Part shown: piece after piece, positions 61,961 to 64,000 of the stretch
Layout: every line of letters begins with the position of its first letter
Numbering within the stretch: the stretch's first letter is position 1
Program-made: the position numbers and the translations under genes
Notes under the pieces: generated by a model
Database searches by the model: none
Told to the model about the DNA's origin: nothing
What the model saw: the letters and a program-made list of their open reading frames with translations, nothing else
Assembly (NCBI GenBank): GCA_964035575.1
Contig: OZ037834.1
Location: 1,612,001-1,676,000 of the forward strand
Direction of reading: 5' to 3'
Length of the DNA: 64,000 nucleotides
DNA from: Rhynchopus sp. YZ270_cl-10
Lineage: Eukaryota

Positions 61961-63805
61961 ATGGTGCGTGTGACAGCTCTTGCGAGCATGGCTGCAGCGA
62001 TGTGCTGCAGCTTTGCGGAGGCGCAGTTTACGTTTCCTTCAAACACATGCCCGGACGGTGCCTCTGGACAGACGCAGCTGTCTGGCAGTGGCACGATCAC
62101 GTACCCGGCGGGCTCGGGGAACTACCTGGACAACCAGACGCCGTGCTGGTACGTGCAGTGCGACGGGACGCTGACCTTCACATGGAACTCGTTCCGCACA
62201 GAGAGCGGCTACGACCACGTGTCGATGTGGCCTGTCGCCAGCGACAACTCCGTGGACACATCGGTGACCCCGGTCTTCAGCGAGTCGGGAGTGAAGACGC
62301 TTGCCCCAACAGTGTTCAACAGCGGGATGCTTGTGCAGTTCAAGTCGGACTATTCTGTTCAGGAGCAGGGGTTCTCTGTGGGGTACCAGTGCGTGTCGAC
62401 GCCACCGCCACCAACACCGCCCACACCACCCACACCACCGACGTGCACGGATGTGATGGTCGGGTCGCCTGAGAGGCCCTGGTACGACGCAGACGGGAGC
62501 ACCTACACGTGTGCGTGGTACGGGGCTGTGTCGACACGGTGCTCGCAGTACGGGAACAGCTACGAAGCAGACGGCTACACCGCAAACCAGGCGTGCTGCG
62601 CGTGTGATGGTGGGGTCACGTCGCCACCCCCTCCGACCCCACCGACCCCACCGACCACATGCCCGTCGCGTGTGCGCAAGGAGTGGAGACAGCTGTCGAC
62701 GGCAGAGAAGGCACTCTTCATGAAGGCTGTGCAGCTGCTGAAGACGACGACCGCAGGGTCCGCCACACAGTCGGCAAAGGGCGGCTACGACAAGTACCCG
62801 ACGATCCACGGGAAGGACGAGTCGTACCTGCAGGCACACAACACAGGGATGTTCCTCCCGTGGCACAGAGTCTTCATCCAGAAGTTTGAGGACGACCTGC
62901 GTGCGCTTGGTGCAGAGTTTGCGTGTGTGACGCTCCCGTACTGGGACTGGTCGATTGAGCAGGCGGCTGGGGCAGCGTGGGACCCGGCCCTGTGGAACGG
63001 CAACACAGACCCCGTCAGCGGCGAGTTCATCGGGTTCGGGTCGGTGTACAACGGACGCACGCAGGCGGAGAAATGCAACCACCCTGTGGGTCCGGGGGCC
63101 AGCGACAGCGATGGGTGCTGTGTGTCGGACGGTCCGTTCCGCGCAGGTGCGTGGGTGCACTCGCACGAGACAAGCGGCTCCCTGCCGGTTGGCGACAAGG
63201 GGGACTGGCCGCTTACTAACAAATGTCTGTTCCGCTACTTTGCGAACGACAACCTGGTGCGCAGCGCCGCAGCCCAGGCAGCCGACTTCCTCCCGCAGGC
63301 GACCTACGGGTACGACACAAACACGAACCCTGGGTTCAGAAACGTCCTTGAGGACAAGGAGCACTCGGAGATCCACGCGCGCATTGGTGGCTACATGATC
63401 ACGAACTGGAGCCCCGAGGACCCGATCTTCTTCCTGCACCACGCGAACATCGACCGTCTGTGGGCGATGTGGCAGGTGTGCCAGGGATACGACAACGCAG
63501 CCAGCAGCTCGCAGTACAACGCAGGCCCGTCCGTGTCCGGCGCCAGCACAGGGCTGAACGACGAGATGAGCTACCACAACTTCTACGACCGTAACGGCGC
63601 GTCGACGGACCCGCAGCCTGCACAGTGGAGCGGCTTCACACCTGCCAAGGTGTGGGACCTCCACAGCGCAGACCTGTACGCACACTCCGGTCCCACCGGC
63701 CCGAAGGTGCAGTACAAGATCAACACCTTCAACGGAGGAAGTGCCTGGTCCACCGCATGCCCCAACGTTGCCGCCACCGGCCAGGCCAACTGGTTCGTCG
63801 CATAG
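61961..63805 (+). CDS. Secreted CUB + Cys-rich module + tyrosinase (type-3 copper) protein
   Basis: Signal peptide; CUB domain (YLDNQTPCW, FRTESGYDHV, VQFKSDYSV..GFS); Pro/Thr linkers; WxD..G..C.WY...CC.C.GG module. CuA site H..AHNTGMFLPWHR and CuB site HSEIH..SPEDPIFFLHHANID. Confidence 0.9.
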   Translation: MVRVTALASMAAAMCCSFAEAQFTFPSNTCPDGASGQTQLSGSGTITYPAGSGNYLDNQTPCWYVQCDGTLTFTWNSFRTESGYDHVSMWPVASDNSVDTSVTPVFSESGVKTLAPTVFNSGMLVQFKSDYSVQEQGFSVGYQCVSTPPPPTPPTPPTPPTCTDVMVGSPERPWYDADGSTYTCAWYGAVSTRCSQYGNSYEADGYTANQACCACDGGVTSPPPPTPPTPPTTCPSRVRKEWRQLSTAEKALFMKAVQLLKTTTAGSATQSAKGGYDKYPTIHGKDESYLQAHNTGMFLPWHRVFIQKFEDDLRALGAEFACVTLPYWDWSIEQAAGAAWDPALWNGNTDPVSGEFIGFGSVYNGRTQAEKCNHPVGPGASDSDGCCVSDGPFRAGAWVHSHETSGSLPVGDKGDWPLTNKCLFRYFANDNLVRSAAAQAADFLPQATYGYDTNTNPGFRNVLEDKEHSEIHARIGGYMITNWSPEDPIFFLHHANIDRLWAMWQVCQGYDNAASSSQYNAGPSVSGASTGLNDEMSYHNFYDRNGASTDPQPAQWSGFTPAKVWDLHSADLYAHSGPTGPKVQYKINTFNGGSAWSTACPNVAATGQANWFVA

Positions 63806-64000
63806 ACACAGGGCATTCTTTCAAAAAATGCAAGGATGAAAGATGACGAGTGATTTCTCTATTTTTTATATTAAAAGCACCCCGCTCCCCCTCCGAAAGG
63901 AAAGTACAAACCAAAAAATGAAAAGTGGTGAATCCCTTGCGCACCATAGCTTTTCATCTTCCTCTTCCACTTTCCACTTCTTCCTCTCACATTTTTCTTT

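Overview
Eukaryotic nuclear DNA, most consistent with a euglenozoan such as a diplonemid. That assignment is an inference: all ~16 supportable genes lie on the + strand, as in directional gene clusters, and carry GT-AG introns with GTATG donors and CA-rich ...CACAG acceptors. Recognisable genes are a GAF/2OG-Fe(II) dioxygenase fusion, an N-acylated HAD phosphatase, GST, two tandem histidine phosphatases, a PPR protein, glycyl-tRNA synthetase, bacterial-type RNase HII, NAD(P) transhydrogenase, PWP2, proteasome alpha-2, a THOC7-like protein and a secreted CUB-tyrosinase. Intergenic and intronic DNA is dense with non-autonomous TIR elements: hAT-like with 7-8 bp TSDs, Tc1/mariner-like with TA TSDs, a foldback element, and a 5.7 kb CACGGTG-ended element containing satellites. 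It also holds dozens of 40-90 nt hairpin elements in several families, almost all sense-oriented, structure-conserved but sequence-divergent, and usually ending in a CAA(A)C-like tail. These hairpins and the GAF-dioxygenase fusion are the least explained features. All calls are from manual reading; no searches were run.
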